64,000 bases of DNA from an uncultured Jatrophihabitans sp. (lineage in GTDB: Bacteria; Actinomycetota; Actinomycetes; Mycobacteriales; Jatrophihabitantaceae). Positions 29,163-41,038 of this stretch are shown here, in pieces (position 1 is the stretch's first letter; each line of letters begins with the position of its first letter). The translations under genes were made by a program, and so were the position numbers. The stretch covers positions 40,548 through 104,547 of the forward strand of contig NZ_CAXUNP010000009.1 in the NCBI RefSeq assembly GCF_964252635.1, in the 5' to 3' direction. The notes beneath the pieces were generated by a model that was given only the letters and a program-made list of their open reading frames with translations, did not search any database and was not told where the DNA came from.

Positions 29163-29771
29163 TCAGCCGACCCACTGCGGACCGGTGGTACCGCTGACGT
29201 ACCAGCGCCCCCGATGCCAGCGCAACACCAGCGTCTGCCCCTGGCCGCAGAGGCTGCCGCACTGGGTCTCCATCTGCAGTCGGGCAATGACGTGCCCACT
29301 CCGGCCGCCCACCCGCAGCGGGCCGAAGGTCACTACGGGCACCCCGGTCTCGCTCGACGTCGGCGGGTCCGTGCGGAACACGACTGCGGGGCCGAGGACC
29401 TGGCTCACCCGGCGTTGCACCTGCTGCGGCACGGCCGGGCCGTGGCAGCGGGAGACCGCCACGCTCACGACGTCGGCGCACTGCCGGTCGCGGACGTACA
29501 CGCGGCGCGCGAGGCGGTGCGGCGCCGGGCCCCCGGACAGGGCGGCGACGTAGACCGCGGCCTGGCGAGCGGGGCCGTCCCCCGCCGGCCCCGGGCCGTC
29601 CGCGCTGGTCGATGTCCGGTCCGACAGCACGGTCGGCACCGCGACGGCGAGGGCCGACACCAGTACCCCGAGGGTGACGAGCAGCCAACCGCGTCGTCGC
29701 TGCTCGACCTCGTCGAGGAGCAGGTCGGCGGCCCGCGCGTCGTCGGCGTCGTGCACCTGCTCGACCACCAC
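29163..29771 (-). CDS. Hypothetical membrane-anchored protein
   Basis: 202-aa ORF with one TM helix (WLLVTLGVLVSALAVAVPTVL) and a non-repetitive C-terminal domain with several Cys. No family recognised. Confidence 0.45.
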   Translation of the reverse strand: MVVEQVHDADDARAADLLLDEVEQRRRGWLLVTLGVLVSALAVAVPTVLSDRTSTSADGPGPAGDGPARQAAVYVAALSGGPAPHRLARRVYVRDRQCADVVSVAVSRCHGPAVPQQVQRRVSQVLGPAVVFRTDPPTSSETGVPVVTFGPLRVGGRSGHVIARLQMETQCGSLCGQGQTLVLRWHRGRWYVSGTTGPQWVG

Positions 29772-29804
29772 GCGCTGCCGCCTCCCCCCGTCTGCTCCCA
29801 GGGG

Positions 29805-30977
29805 TTAGACGCGCACCGACCCCCCGGTGGTTGCACGTCGGGCCGAGGGAATTCCGCGGACCAGCGGCAGGCCGGCCACGACCAGCGCCGCGAGCACGGC
29901 GAAGGCGACGTGCGGGCGGTGGTCCAGCACCTGCACCACCAGCGCTGCGACGAGTCCCGCGGCGTTGCCGGCCAGCCAGATCAGCGCGCTCACCGTGGCC
30001 CCGGCCGAACCGGCACGTCGCTCGGCGAGGTCGAGGATGACCGGCAGGTCGCTCAGCAGGAACACCCCCAGCGCGAGCACCGCCGCCAGCCCGGTCCACA
30101 GGCCCGGGGCGATCGCGAGCAGCGCGAACGCCGCACCGCCGACGACCACCGACACGAACAGGTAGCGGGCCTCGCCGGCGCGCCTCGCGACGACCGGTGG
30201 CAGGGTCGCGGACGCCACCACCCCGGCCAGCACCATGACGAGCAGCAGCACGCCCGCCGCCGTCTCCCCGACACCCGCCGGACGCAGCAGCGTCTGCAGC
30301 CAGGTGGTGACGGCCACGAACGCCCCGAACCCCACGCAGACCAGCCCGACGAGCACCCGCACCTGCCGGTCGGCCCACACGACCCGCAGGCGGACGGCGG
30401 CCTCGGGCGTCTCGACGGCCGCCGCCGGCCGACGCAGCTCGAGGACGAGCCAGCCGGCGGCGAGGACGGACAGGACGCCCTGGACGAGGAGCAGCGCCCG
30501 CAGGTGGCCGGCGCCGAAGACCGAGCCGGTGCCCAGCGCCAGCACCATGCCGGCGAAGATGCCGGCCGACGACACCGCGATCCCGCCCGCGCGGTCGGCC
30601 GGTTCGAGGTGGCGCGCCGACATGCGCGTCACGGCGTTGAGCACGAGCGGCTGGGCCACCGCGACCAGCACCTGGCCGGCCAACGCGGTGCCGTACGCGT
30701 CACCGGTGAGCCGGACGACGGCACCCGCGGCCGTCAGCACCGCACCGGCGCCCAACCAGAGCGGCAGGTGCCGGTCGACGAGGCGGCCCGCCGGCAGCGC
30801 CAGGACCACGTACAGCAGGGGGAACAGCTCGGCCAGCCAGCCGATCGCGCCCTCGGAGACGCCGTAGTGGTGGGCCGAACCGGTGGTGATCGGCGCGTAC
30901 GTCAGCCAGAGCATCTGGTTGGCCGCACTCAGCGCGGCGTAGGCGAGGACCGGGCGCCAGCCGGCCGCGCGGTTCAC
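29805..30977 (-). CDS. MFS transporter
   Basis: About 12 predicted hydrophobic segments; loop motif LPAGRLVDR between TM2 and TM3. GTG 30977 is 17 nt downstream of the fur-family gene. Confidence 0.8.
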   Translation of the reverse strand: MNRAAGWRPVLAYAALSAANQMLWLTYAPITTGSAHHYGVSEGAIGWLAELFPLLYVVLALPAGRLVDRHLPLWLGAGAVLTAAGAVVRLTGDAYGTALAGQVLVAVAQPLVLNAVTRMSARHLEPADRAGGIAVSSAGIFAGMVLALGTGSVFGAGHLRALLLVQGVLSVLAAGWLVLELRRPAAAVETPEAAVRLRVVWADRQVRVLVGLVCVGFGAFVAVTTWLQTLLRPAGVGETAAGVLLLVMVLAGVVASATLPPVVARRAGEARYLFVSVVVGGAAFALLAIAPGLWTGLAAVLALGVFLLSDLPVILDLAERRAGSAGATVSALIWLAGNAAGLVAALVVQVLDHRPHVAFAVLAALVVAGLPLVRGIPSARRATTGGSVRV

Positions 30978-30993
30978 CGGAACGGCCGCTCGG

Positions 30994-31398
30994 TCAGGCG
31001 GCCGCGCACTGCGGGCACAGGCCGAACAGCTCGATGGTGTGGTCGACGTCGGCGTAGCCGTGCTCGCGCGCCACCTCGCCGGCCCACCGTTCGATGGCGC
31101 GACCCTCGATCTCGGCGGTGTTGCCGCAGCGCCGGCAGACCAGATGGTGGTGGTGGCCGGAGCCCTGGTCGCCGCAGTAGCGGTAGGTCGCCTCGCCCTC
31201 GGGCGTATGGATGACGTCGACCGTGCCTCCGTCGACCAGTGCCTGCAGGTGCCGGTAGACGGTGGAGAGGCCGACGTTCGAGCCGTCGCGTCGCAGAACG
31301 GCGTACACGTCCTGCGCGCTGCGGAACCCGCCGCACCCGCTCAGGGCCTCACGGACCGCGTCGCCCTGACGGGTGGCCCGCTGGCGCGCCGGGCTCAT
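30994..31398 (-). CDS. Fur family transcriptional repressor
   Basis: STVYRHLQALVDGG winged helix, HHHHLVCRRCG and C-terminal CPQC zinc site. ATG 31398. Confidence 0.9.
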   Translation of the reverse strand: MSPARQRATRQGDAVREALSGCGGFRSAQDVYAVLRRDGSNVGLSTVYRHLQALVDGGTVDVIHTPEGEATYRYCGDQGSGHHHHLVCRRCGNTAEIEGRAIERWAGEVAREHGYADVDHTIELFGLCPQCAAA

Positions 31399-31442
31399 CT
31401 CACGACTCCGTCGACCATGCACTCAGCCTAGCGGTAACCGTT

Positions 31443-31531
31443 ATCAACTACGCGTCACTGCCGACCGCCACCATCTGGCCGGTGATCAACTACGTCGCGG
31501 TGGAGCAGCAACCCCGAGCCGCAGTTGATCA
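31443..31531. repeat. ATCAACTACG direct repeat (31443-31452, 31485-31494) plus inverted copy; 9-bp inverted repeat TGATCAACT / AGTTGATCA (31483-31491 / 31523-31531)
   Basis: Read directly. Lies between the gcvP stop (31551) and the fur-family start (31398). Could be a gcvP terminator stem and/or an operator. Confidence 0.6.
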
Positions 31532-31550
31532 CAGGAGAAGGAGCGGCAGG

Positions 31551-34436
<2,886 letters not shown>

Positions 34437-34459
34437 GACGCTCCGGAAGGACGGCTCGA

Positions 34460-34610
34460 CGCGGTCACCGAAGGGCGACCGGTCCCCGTCTGTCGGGAGG
34501 TGCCCCTTCAGACTGGCCTCGTCCGCTCGGTCCTGGTGCCTGAGAGGTTCCGGGGAGGTTGCCCCTTCGGCGCCGGCTCGCAACAGTGCGGTCGGCTCTC
34601 CCGAGCGTGG
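34460..34610 (-). promoter_or_regulatory. Glycine riboswitch in the gcvP leader
   Basis: The minus strand reads CGGGAGAGCCGAC...GGCGCCGAAGGGGCAACCTCC...CCTCTCAGGCACCAGGACCG (a canonical aptamer), followed by a weaker second element ...GTCTGAAGGGGCACCTCCCGAC.... The boundaries are approximate. Confidence 0.8.
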
Positions 34611-34718
34611 TCGTCAGCCGTCTCCGACGGTACCAGCGTCGGCGGCCGGAGGGCGGGTCACGACGCTCCCGAGGGGTCGAATGTGACCCAGATCAGGCGG
34701 GTCGGTCGAACACGCCGG

Positions 34719-35285
34719 TCAGGCGGTGGCCGAGCGGCGCTGCCGGCGCTGCGACAGCTCGTCGCGCGCGGCGGCACCGGCGGTCTCGTCGACCTCGACG
34801 AGGCCGGCCCGCTCACCCGGGAGGTGGGCCAGCGACCCGCGCAGCTCGCGCAGCGCTCCGCTGACCGCGATGCCGAACACGCCCTGCCCGCCCTGCAGCA
34901 GGTCGACGACCTCCTCGGAGGACGTGCACTCATAGACCGTCGCCCCGTCGGACAGCAGCGTCACCTGGGCCAGGTCGTCGACGCCGCGGGCGCGCAGCGC
35001 CTCGACCGCGACCCGGATGTTCTGCAGCGACACCCCGGCGTCGAGCAGTCGCTTGACGACCTTGAGGACCAGGATGTCCTTGAAGGAGTAGAGACGCTGG
35101 CTGCCGGAACCGGTGGCCGTGCGCACCGTCGGCAGCACGAGGTCGGTGCGGGCCCAGTAGTCGAGCTGGCGGTAGGTGATCCCGGCCGCGGAGCAGGCGG
35201 TGGGGCCGCGGTAGCCGACGATGTCGTCACCGTCGGGATCGGACGGGTCGGCGAACAGCGCGCCCTGCTCCGGATGGTCGCTCAT
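34719..35285 (-). CDS. MerR family transcriptional regulator
   Basis: [21 protein letters not shown]..., [35 protein letters not shown] 35285. Confidence 0.8.
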   Translation of the reverse strand: MSDHPEQGALFADPSDPDGDDIVGYRGPTACSAAGITYRQLDYWARTDLVLPTVRTATGSGSQRLYSFKDILVLKVVKRLLDAGVSLQNIRVAVEALRARGVDDLAQVTLLSDGATVYECTSSEEVVDLLQGGQGVFGIAVSGALRELRGSLAHLPGERAGLVEVDETAGAAARDELSQRRQRRSATA

Positions 35286-35382
35286 CAAGTCCCCGCCTCT
35301 GTTGCGCCCCGCGAATTGCACGCTCGTCATTTGCTCGGCTGACGGTAGGACGGCAACGGTGCCGTGGTCAATGCGACGCGCC

Positions 35383-35414
35383 GCATTTCATAACCCTCAC
35401 GTTGACGTTGAGGG
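35383..35414 (-). terminator. Possible intrinsic terminator after the DUF151 gene
   Basis: Minus strand: CCCTCA-N9-TGAGGG stem-loop followed by TTATGAAAT. The stem is short. Confidence 0.3.
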
Positions 35415-35429
35415 ATCGAGCCGGTCCAA

Positions 35430-35900
35430 TCACCCCTCGGAGGCGAAGTCCTCGGGCGAGATGTTGTCGAGGAACTCCTTGAACTTCTCGACCTCGTCCT
35501 CCTGCTCGTCGGGGATCTCGATCCCGGCCGCGTCGAGCACGGCGTCCGAACCCAGGATGGCGACGTCGCTGCGCAGGGCCAGCGCGATCGCGTCGGACGG
35601 ACGGGCGCTGACGGTCACCCCGCCGGTGAAGCGCAGCTCGGCGTAGTAGATGTCGTCCCGCATCTCGGTGATGTGCACGGCCTCGAGACGCACGCCGAGG
35701 GCCGAGATGACATCACGCAACAGATCGTGGGTGAGCGGCCGGACGGTCTGCACGCCCTGCTGCTGGAAGGCGATCGCCGACGCCTCGACGGCGCCGATCC
35801 AGATCGGCAGGTAGCGCACGCCGTCCTCTTCGCGCAGCAGCACGACCGGGCTGTTGGCCGGGAGCTCGACCCGAACGCCGACCACTCGCATCGGATGCAC
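35430..35900 (-). CDS. Bifunctional nuclease family protein (DUF151)
   Basis: VVLLREEDGVRYLPIWIGAVEASAIA...RPLTHDLL is the characteristic DUF151 N-terminus. Position between two MerR genes as in mycobacteria. Confidence 0.8.
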   Translation of the reverse strand: MHPMRVVGVRVELPANSPVVLLREEDGVRYLPIWIGAVEASAIAFQQQGVQTVRPLTHDLLRDVISALGVRLEAVHITEMRDDIYYAELRFTGGVTVSARPSDAIALALRSDVAILGSDAVLDAAGIEIPDEQEDEVEKFKEFLDNISPEDFASEG

Positions 35901-36004
35901 GATGGGGACCTCCTGCCGTACCGACCCTCGACGTCCCGGGAACCCGCGAACGCGTTCCGGACGACTTCGACGCTACACGTCGGTCGGTAACGTCCGGCGG
36001 TGTC

Positions 36005-36760
36005 TCATGACCCGCCGGTGACCTCGCGCAACCCGATCTGCACGAGGGCTGCGTGCAGCCGGACCGAGAGGGCGGCGAGCTCGCGGACGGTCTCCTCCGC
36101 GCGGGCCTTCGCCTCTCCCCCGCGCTGACGGCCCGTCGGGCCGACGACCTGCGCGAACAGGCCGACCTCGCGTTCGGCGGCCGTCCGGAACGCCCGCAGG
36201 TGACGACCTTCGAGCCCGAAGCGGGCGAGGTCGGCGACGATGGTCGCCACGGCCAGCGCGTCGTCGTCGTAGTAGCCGCCCGGCCTCGCGTTGACCAGGC
36301 CGAACTGCTCGAGTTCGCCCAGCTGGTCGGCCCGCAACCCGGCCGCGTTGCACAGCTCGTCCTTCGACATCCGCATCGCCGCCGGAGCGGGCCGGAAGTG
36401 CTCGGCGGTGGGCGCGTTGTCGGGGATGCTCGCGACGGCCACGTGCGCGGCACGCGGGCTGTCCGGCGACGTCCCCGGCGGGACGAGGCCGCGGTCGATG
36501 GCGTCGAGCTGCTCCTTGATGACCCGCAACGGCAGGTAGTGATCACGCTGCTGGGACAGCACGTAGCGCAGACGGGCGACATCGCCGGTGGAGAACTTGC
36601 GGTAGCCCGACGGCGTGCGTTCGGGCTGGACCAGACCCTCGGTCTCGAGGAAGCGGATCTTGCTGATCGTCAGATCGGGGAAGTCGACCTTCAGATGGGC
36701 GAGCACGTCGCCGATCGTGAGCGTGGACGGATACTGCTCCGCGGTCGCTGCCCTCGTCAT
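36005..36760 (-). CDS. MerR family transcriptional regulator
   Basis: LTIGDVLAHLKVDFPDLTISKIRFLETEGLVQPERTPSGYRKFSTGDVARLRYVL. Confidence 0.8.
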   Translation of the reverse strand: MTRAATAEQYPSTLTIGDVLAHLKVDFPDLTISKIRFLETEGLVQPERTPSGYRKFSTGDVARLRYVLSQQRDHYLPLRVIKEQLDAIDRGLVPPGTSPDSPRAAHVAVASIPDNAPTAEHFRPAPAAMRMSKDELCNAAGLRADQLGELEQFGLVNARPGGYYDDDALAVATIVADLARFGLEGRHLRAFRTAAEREVGLFAQVVGPTGRQRGGEAKARAEETVRELAALSVRLHAALVQIGLREVTGGS

Positions 36761-36791
36761 GCGCGCACTCCCCGAGACGTGGAACGGGTGA

Positions 36792-37310
36792 TCATGCCTT
36801 GGCGCCGACGCCGGTACGAACCGCCGCCGTCAGATACACCAGCCGGAACTTGCCGATCTGCACCTCGTCGCCACCGGACAACGGTGCCGCGTCGATGCGC
36901 TCACGGTTGACGTACGTGCCGTTGAGCGAGCCCACGTCATGGACCGTGTAGCCGCTGCCTTCGCGGCGGAACTCGGCATGCCTGCGGGACACGGTGACAT
37001 CGTCCAGGAAGATGTCACTGTCCGGGTGGCGACCCGCCGACGTGACGTCCTGGTCGAGCAGGAATCGGCTGCCGGCGTTGGGTCCGCGCTTGACGACGAG
37101 AAGGGCCGAGCCCGGGGTCAGCGCGTCGACGGCGCCCTGGTGGGCCTCGGCCGAGAACTCGTTGTCGGAATCGGGCAGCGAGCCGCTGGTGGTGCTGCTG
37201 ATGGTCGTGGTGACGTCCGGTCCCGGGGTCGAGACCGGAAGGGCCGCGCCACAGTTGGCGCAGTAGTGGCTACCGGGAAGATTCTCGGTGCCACAGGCGG
37301 TGCAGAACAC
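36792..37310 (-). CDS. FHA domain protein (GarA/OdhI-like position) with N-terminal zinc ribbon
   Basis: FCTACGTENLPGSHYCANCG, Thr/Ser-rich linker (TTTISSTTSGS), FHA core GRHPDSDIFLDDVTVSRRHAEF...SLNGTYVN. Confidence 0.9.
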   Translation of the reverse strand: MFCTACGTENLPGSHYCANCGAALPVSTPGPDVTTTISSTTSGSLPDSDNEFSAEAHQGAVDALTPGSALLVVKRGPNAGSRFLLDQDVTSAGRHPDSDIFLDDVTVSRRHAEFRREGSGYTVHDVGSLNGTYVNRERIDAAPLSGGDEVQIGKFRLVYLTAAVRTGVGAKA

Positions 37311-37434
37311 GCGGTCACCCTTCAGTTCAGTGACGGCCGATCGGGGGAACGCCGCCGCAAGCAGATGCGGAAGTCGAGCGGTGCGCCGAGCCTAGGACGG
37401 GCCCGATGCGAGGGTCAATCGCAGGTCGAGGGCG

Positions 37435-37830
37435 TCAGCCCGCGAGCGTGCCGTACGCTCCCGCGTCCAGCAACGAGTCCAGCTCGCCCGGTTCGGCGAC
37501 CTCGATCTCGAGGATCCAACCCTCGCCGTACGGGTCGGAGTTGATCAGCTCCGGCTGGTCGTCGAGAGCCTCGTTACGGGCCGTGACCGAACCGGTCAGT
37601 GGCGCGAACACGTCCGAGACGCTCTTCGTCGACTCGACCTCGCCGATCGTGGCCCCGGCGGCGATGTCGGCGCCGACCTCCGGCAACGACACGTAGACGA
37701 CGTCGCCCAGAGCCTGCTGCGCGTAGTCGGTGATGCCCACCCGGACCGTGCTGGAGCCGCCCTCGCCGAGACGCACCCATTCGTGCTCCGCCGTGTACTT
37801 CAGCGTGTCGGGCACCTCGGACATGGGCAC
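37435..37830 (-). CDS. gcvH: Glycine cleavage system H protein
   Basis: Lipoyl-lysine motif GEVESTKSVSDVFAP; YTAEHEWV N-terminal motif. Confidence 0.95.
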   Translation of the reverse strand: MPMSEVPDTLKYTAEHEWVRLGEGGSSTVRVGITDYAQQALGDVVYVSLPEVGADIAAGATIGEVESTKSVSDVFAPLTGSVTARNEALDDQPELINSDPYGEGWILEIEVAEPGELDSLLDAGAYGTLAG

Positions 37831-37884
37831 TTCCTCCCTGCTGGACGTCGTAAACCGCCCTGACCCTACCCACCGGGGTCACGG

Positions 37885-38685
37885 TCAACGCGAGGGCTTC
37901 ACGTACTTCGCGCGCGGCAGCGGCCGGGTGACCGTGATGGCGATCTTGCTGCGCTCCGAGACGGTGAGCTCGCCGCCCTTGAGGCGCAGGGTCGCGGCCA
38001 CCCCGCCGGGGATGTTCAGGGCGGTGTCGAGCGTCTTCGCCTCGCCGATGGCCGACACCGTGTACGGCGGCCGCAGGGTCCTGCCGTCGACGCGCACCGC
38101 GCCGGGCGATCCGGTGAACGCCGTGTCGGTGCTGACCCGCACCCCGGCCGACGAGCCGGAGCCGAACGAGATCGCCTCGGCGCCCGCGCCGCGCAGCTCC
38201 TCTGCGACGTCGAGCAGGTCCTCGCCGTTCAGGCGGCCGTCCGGGTCGGTGACCGTGACCCGCACACCCGGCCCGGTGGCCGGCAGCGTGCCGAGCAGCA
38301 CGCCCAGGGCCTGGGCCTCGCTGCGGGCCTGCTCGCGTGCGGCCGCCGACCGGTCCCCGGAGTCCTTGAGACGGCGCAGGCTGCCCTGCAGCTGCGTGAT
38401 CTGCTGACGCAGGCGGTCGGCCCGGTTGTTCTGGTTGTCGAGGATGTTGACGAGGTCGTCCTCGCGCAGGCCGCTGAGGTTGTCCGACGACGAGTTCGCC
38501 CTGACCTGGACGACGATGGCGAAGCCGAGCAGAAGGGTCAGCACGCCGATGACCGCGGCGGACGCGTGCCGGCCGCCGAGCAGCCCGCGGTGCCGATTCG
38601 GGGGCCGGTCGGCAGCGAGGTTCTGCTCGTCGGGCGCGGCGTCCTCCGATCCGACGCCGTCCGACGCGGGCTGGTCGTCACTCAT
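37885..38685 (-). CDS. DUF881 domain protein
   Basis: TM helix plus coiled coil, then GPGVRVTVTD...GAGAEAIS...PPYTVSAIGE, typical of DUF881. Confidence 0.7.
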   Translation of the reverse strand: MSDDQPASDGVGSEDAAPDEQNLAADRPPNRHRGLLGGRHASAAVIGVLTLLLGFAIVVQVRANSSSDNLSGLREDDLVNILDNQNNRADRLRQQITQLQGSLRRLKDSGDRSAAAREQARSEAQALGVLLGTLPATGPGVRVTVTDPDGRLNGEDLLDVAEELRGAGAEAISFGSGSSAGVRVSTDTAFTGSPGAVRVDGRTLRPPYTVSAIGEAKTLDTALNIPGGVAATLRLKGGELTVSERSKIAITVTRPLPRAKYVKPSR

Positions 38686-38688
38686 CGG

Positions 38689-39021
38689 TCACGCCCGGAA
38701 CAGGTGTCGGCGGATCGCGGCGGCGTTGCCGAAGATGCGGATGCCCAGGACGACGACGACCGCGGTCGACAGCTGCGCGCCCACGCCGAGCTTGTCGCCC
38801 ACGAAGACGATCAGCGCGGCGACCAGGACGTTGGAGATGAACGAGACGACGAACACCTTGGCGTCGAAGATGCCGTCCAGGCGCGCCCGCAGGCCGCCGA
38901 AGACCGCGTCGAGCGCCGCGACGACCGCGATCGGCAGGTAGGGCTCGAGCCAGCCCGGCACCGTCGGTCGCAGCACCAGGCCCAGCACGATGCCGACGAC
39001 CAGCGCCAGCGCGGCGATCAC
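38689..39021 (-). CDS. Small basic membrane protein (Sbp/DUF1290-like)
   Basis: 110-aa hydrophobic protein between two DUF881 genes, as in the conserved actinobacterial/Firmicute arrangement. Confidence 0.7.
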   Translation of the reverse strand: MIAALALVVGIVLGLVLRPTVPGWLEPYLPIAVVAALDAVFGGLRARLDGIFDAKVFVVSFISNVLVAALIVFVGDKLGVGAQLSTAVVVVLGIRIFGNAAAIRRHLFRA

Positions 39022-39908
39022 CGGGACGTCCGGCTGGGGTGCGGCGAGGTGGGGACGGCGTAGCGCAACGTGCCGGGCACGCCGGCCTTCAGGTCGACGC
39101 GCGAGTGGGTGTCGAAGGAGAAGCCGATGCCGGACGCGCTGACCAGCGTCTGGTAGCGGCTGGCGACCGCGCTCTGCGCGAACGTGGTGGACAGCAGGTC
39201 CGCGTCGCCCAGGGCGGTGATCGTGTACGGCGAGGTGATGGGCTGGAAGTCCACGAGCACCGCCTCACCCGCGAACCGGATGGCGCTCGTCGGGGTCAGC
39301 CTGATGCCGTTCACCGCGATCGCCTCGGCGCCGTCGGACCAGAGCTCGTTGACCACGCTGCGCACATCACGGTCGGTGAGGATATGCGTCGCCGCGACCG
39401 GCGTGCTGCCGACCCGTCCGTTGGCGGCGGTGGTCTTCGACGCCTTGGGTTCGCGGAGGGTGACGGTCAGGCCCGGCCCGTGCACGGCCACCTGCCCGGC
39501 CGCGACCTGCGCCGACTGTTGGGCGCGGGCGGCCGCGTTCGAGCTGGGCAGCACCCGGTTCTGCTCGCTCGAGAGCGAGCGTTCGGCCCGGCCGAGTTCG
39601 GCGGCGAGCCGGTTCGCGCCGGACTGCGCGGCCCGGGCGCGGTCGACGAGCGAGTTGTGCACCCGTTGCGTCTCGGGTGCGCTGCGGTGCGTGTGGTCGT
39701 AGGCCACGACGAGGACGAAACCGATCAGCAGGCAACCGAGCGCCACGGCGGGACGGTCCCACCATCGACGGGAGCCGCCCGGCCCGTGCCGCGCGGCGGC
39801 GGAACGGTAACCCGGGTCGAGCGTGTTCGTGACCAGATCGAGGATGAGCTGCGCGGACTCGCGGTTCGTGCCGCGACTCGGCACGCGGTCCTCAGGCGGC
39901 GCGGGCAT
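39018..39908 (-). CDS. DUF881 domain protein
   Basis: GPGLTVTL...VVNELWSDGAEAIAVNGIRL...SPYTITALGD. Confidence 0.7.
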   Translation of the reverse strand: MPAPPEDRVPSRGTNRESAQLILDLVTNTLDPGYRSAAARHGPGGSRRWWDRPAVALGCLLIGFVLVVAYDHTHRSAPETQRVHNSLVDRARAAQSGANRLAAELGRAERSLSSEQNRVLPSSNAAARAQQSAQVAAGQVAVHGPGLTVTLREPKASKTTAANGRVGSTPVAATHILTDRDVRSVVNELWSDGAEAIAVNGIRLTPTSAIRFAGEAVLVDFQPITSPYTITALGDADLLSTTFAQSAVASRYQTLVSASGIGFSFDTHSRVDLKAGVPGTLRYAVPTSPHPSRTSR

Positions 39909-39921
39909 CGACCGTACCTCG

Positions 39922-40542
39922 TCAGGTCCGTGCCGGCGTCGCGACGGGACGCCGGATCAGTCCGGTGACCTGCACGAAGTACACCGCTCCCGCCCACACG
40001 TACAGCGCGCTGCCCCAGATGGTGAAACCCCAGGCGATGGCCTTGGCGACGTACGCGGTCTGGTTGTCATAGGTGCCGAGCAGCAGCAGCGGGAACGCGT
40101 AGAGCAGGCAGAACGTCGCCGCCTTGCCGAGGTAGTGGACGGCGGGCGGCCCGTAGCCGGCCCTGCGCAGCAGGGGCAGGGTGAGGCCGAGTACGAGGTC
40201 CCGGCCGACGATCACGATCGCGAGCCACAGCGGCATGATGTGGCGCAGGACGAGGCCCACGAGGGTGGCCAGGATGTAGAGCCGGTCGGCGAGCGGGTCC
40301 AGCAGGGCTCCGAGGCGGCTGGTCTGGTTCAGGGCCCGGGCCAGCACGCCGTCGAGCCAGTCGGTGAAGCCCGACACGGCCAGCACGACCACGGCCCAGG
40401 CGTTCTCGTGCGGGCCGAGGACCAGGTACAGGAACAGCGGGACACCGAACAGGCGCAGGATGCTCAGCGCGTTCGGGATCGTCCACAACCGGTCGGGTTC
40501 GAGGTCCGGTTGGTCTCCGGTGACCGGGACGGTCTCGCTCAT
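39922..40542 (-). CDS. pgsA: CDP-alcohol phosphatidyltransferase (PgsA-type)
   Basis: DWLDGVLAR...GALLDPLADR (D-G-x2-A-R...D-x3-D). ATG 40542 with SD GGGGAGG. Confidence 0.9.
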   Translation of the reverse strand: MSETVPVTGDQPDLEPDRLWTIPNALSILRLFGVPLFLYLVLGPHENAWAVVVLAVSGFTDWLDGVLARALNQTSRLGALLDPLADRLYILATLVGLVLRHIMPLWLAIVIVGRDLVLGLTLPLLRRAGYGPPAVHYLGKAATFCLLYAFPLLLLGTYDNQTAYVAKAIAWGFTIWGSALYVWAGAVYFVQVTGLIRRPVATPART

Positions 40543-40565
40543 AGAGACCTCCCCGTAACCCACAA

Positions 40566-40611
40566 TCTGTCGGGACGACAGGATTTGAACCTGCGACCCC
40601 CTGACCCCCAG
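40566..40611 (-). repeat. Orphan copy of the 3' part of tRNA-Pro (distal att repeat)
   Basis: 46/46 identical to 43612-43657. Covers the anticodon loop through the acceptor 3' end plus 4 nt. No matching 5' half (no CGGGACG acceptor strand), so it is not a functional tRNA. Confidence 0.9.
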
Positions 40612-40716
40612 GCAACGGAACCCCGTCCATGGGTGGCCACCGACGACACCCTATCCCGCGAACGCGGGCCTCCATGTCATCGGTAGACACCCGACGACAG
40701 GGGTGCAATCGCAGCC

Positions 40717-40739
40717 GTTGCTACATGCGCTGCTACACG
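40717..40739 (+). repeat. TGCTACA-N5-TGCTACA(CG) motif pair, left arm of the islet
   Basis: GTTGCTACAtgcgcTGCTACACG; same motif and 12-bp phasing as at 43522-43544. Confidence 0.75.
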
Positions 40740-40816
40740 AAGCGGCCTCGGCCGGTGCGCTAACACCGGACCGAGGCCTTGACCGAACCAACCTGCCTTC
40801 TCAGGAGGAACGACCC

Positions 40817-41038
40817 ATGCGAGACCGTACCGACGTGCCTGCCGGCTCCCCGGCTGCAGGCACGCAGCAGCTTTGCGCACCTTGGTGCGCAAACCAACAT
40901 CACCTCACGTTCTTCGGCGACGACGACCCCACCTGCTACGGCGGAGAACTGCACGTCCCGCTCAGCCTCGAGCCGCAACAGCTGGTTGAGGCGCTGCAGC
41001 TGGTGCTCGGCCAGCTCGCAGGCGGGGGCGTCCGTTGA
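40817..41038 (+). CDS. Hypothetical small protein (73 aa) with CAPWC..H motif
   Basis: SD AGGAGG 7 nt upstream of ATG 40817. Its stop overlaps the TTG start of the next gene. No family assigned with confidence. Confidence 0.5.
   Translation: MRDRTDVPAGSPAAGTQQLCAPWCANQHHLTFFGDDDPTCYGGELHVPLSLEPQQLVEALQLVLGQLAGGGVR

Noticed and set aside
40563-40640. Possible second tRNA-Pro gene
   Set aside because: Only the 3' 42 nt (anticodon loop to acceptor end) are present. The upstream sequence cannot form the acceptor 5' strand or a D-arm. It is interpreted as an att duplication.
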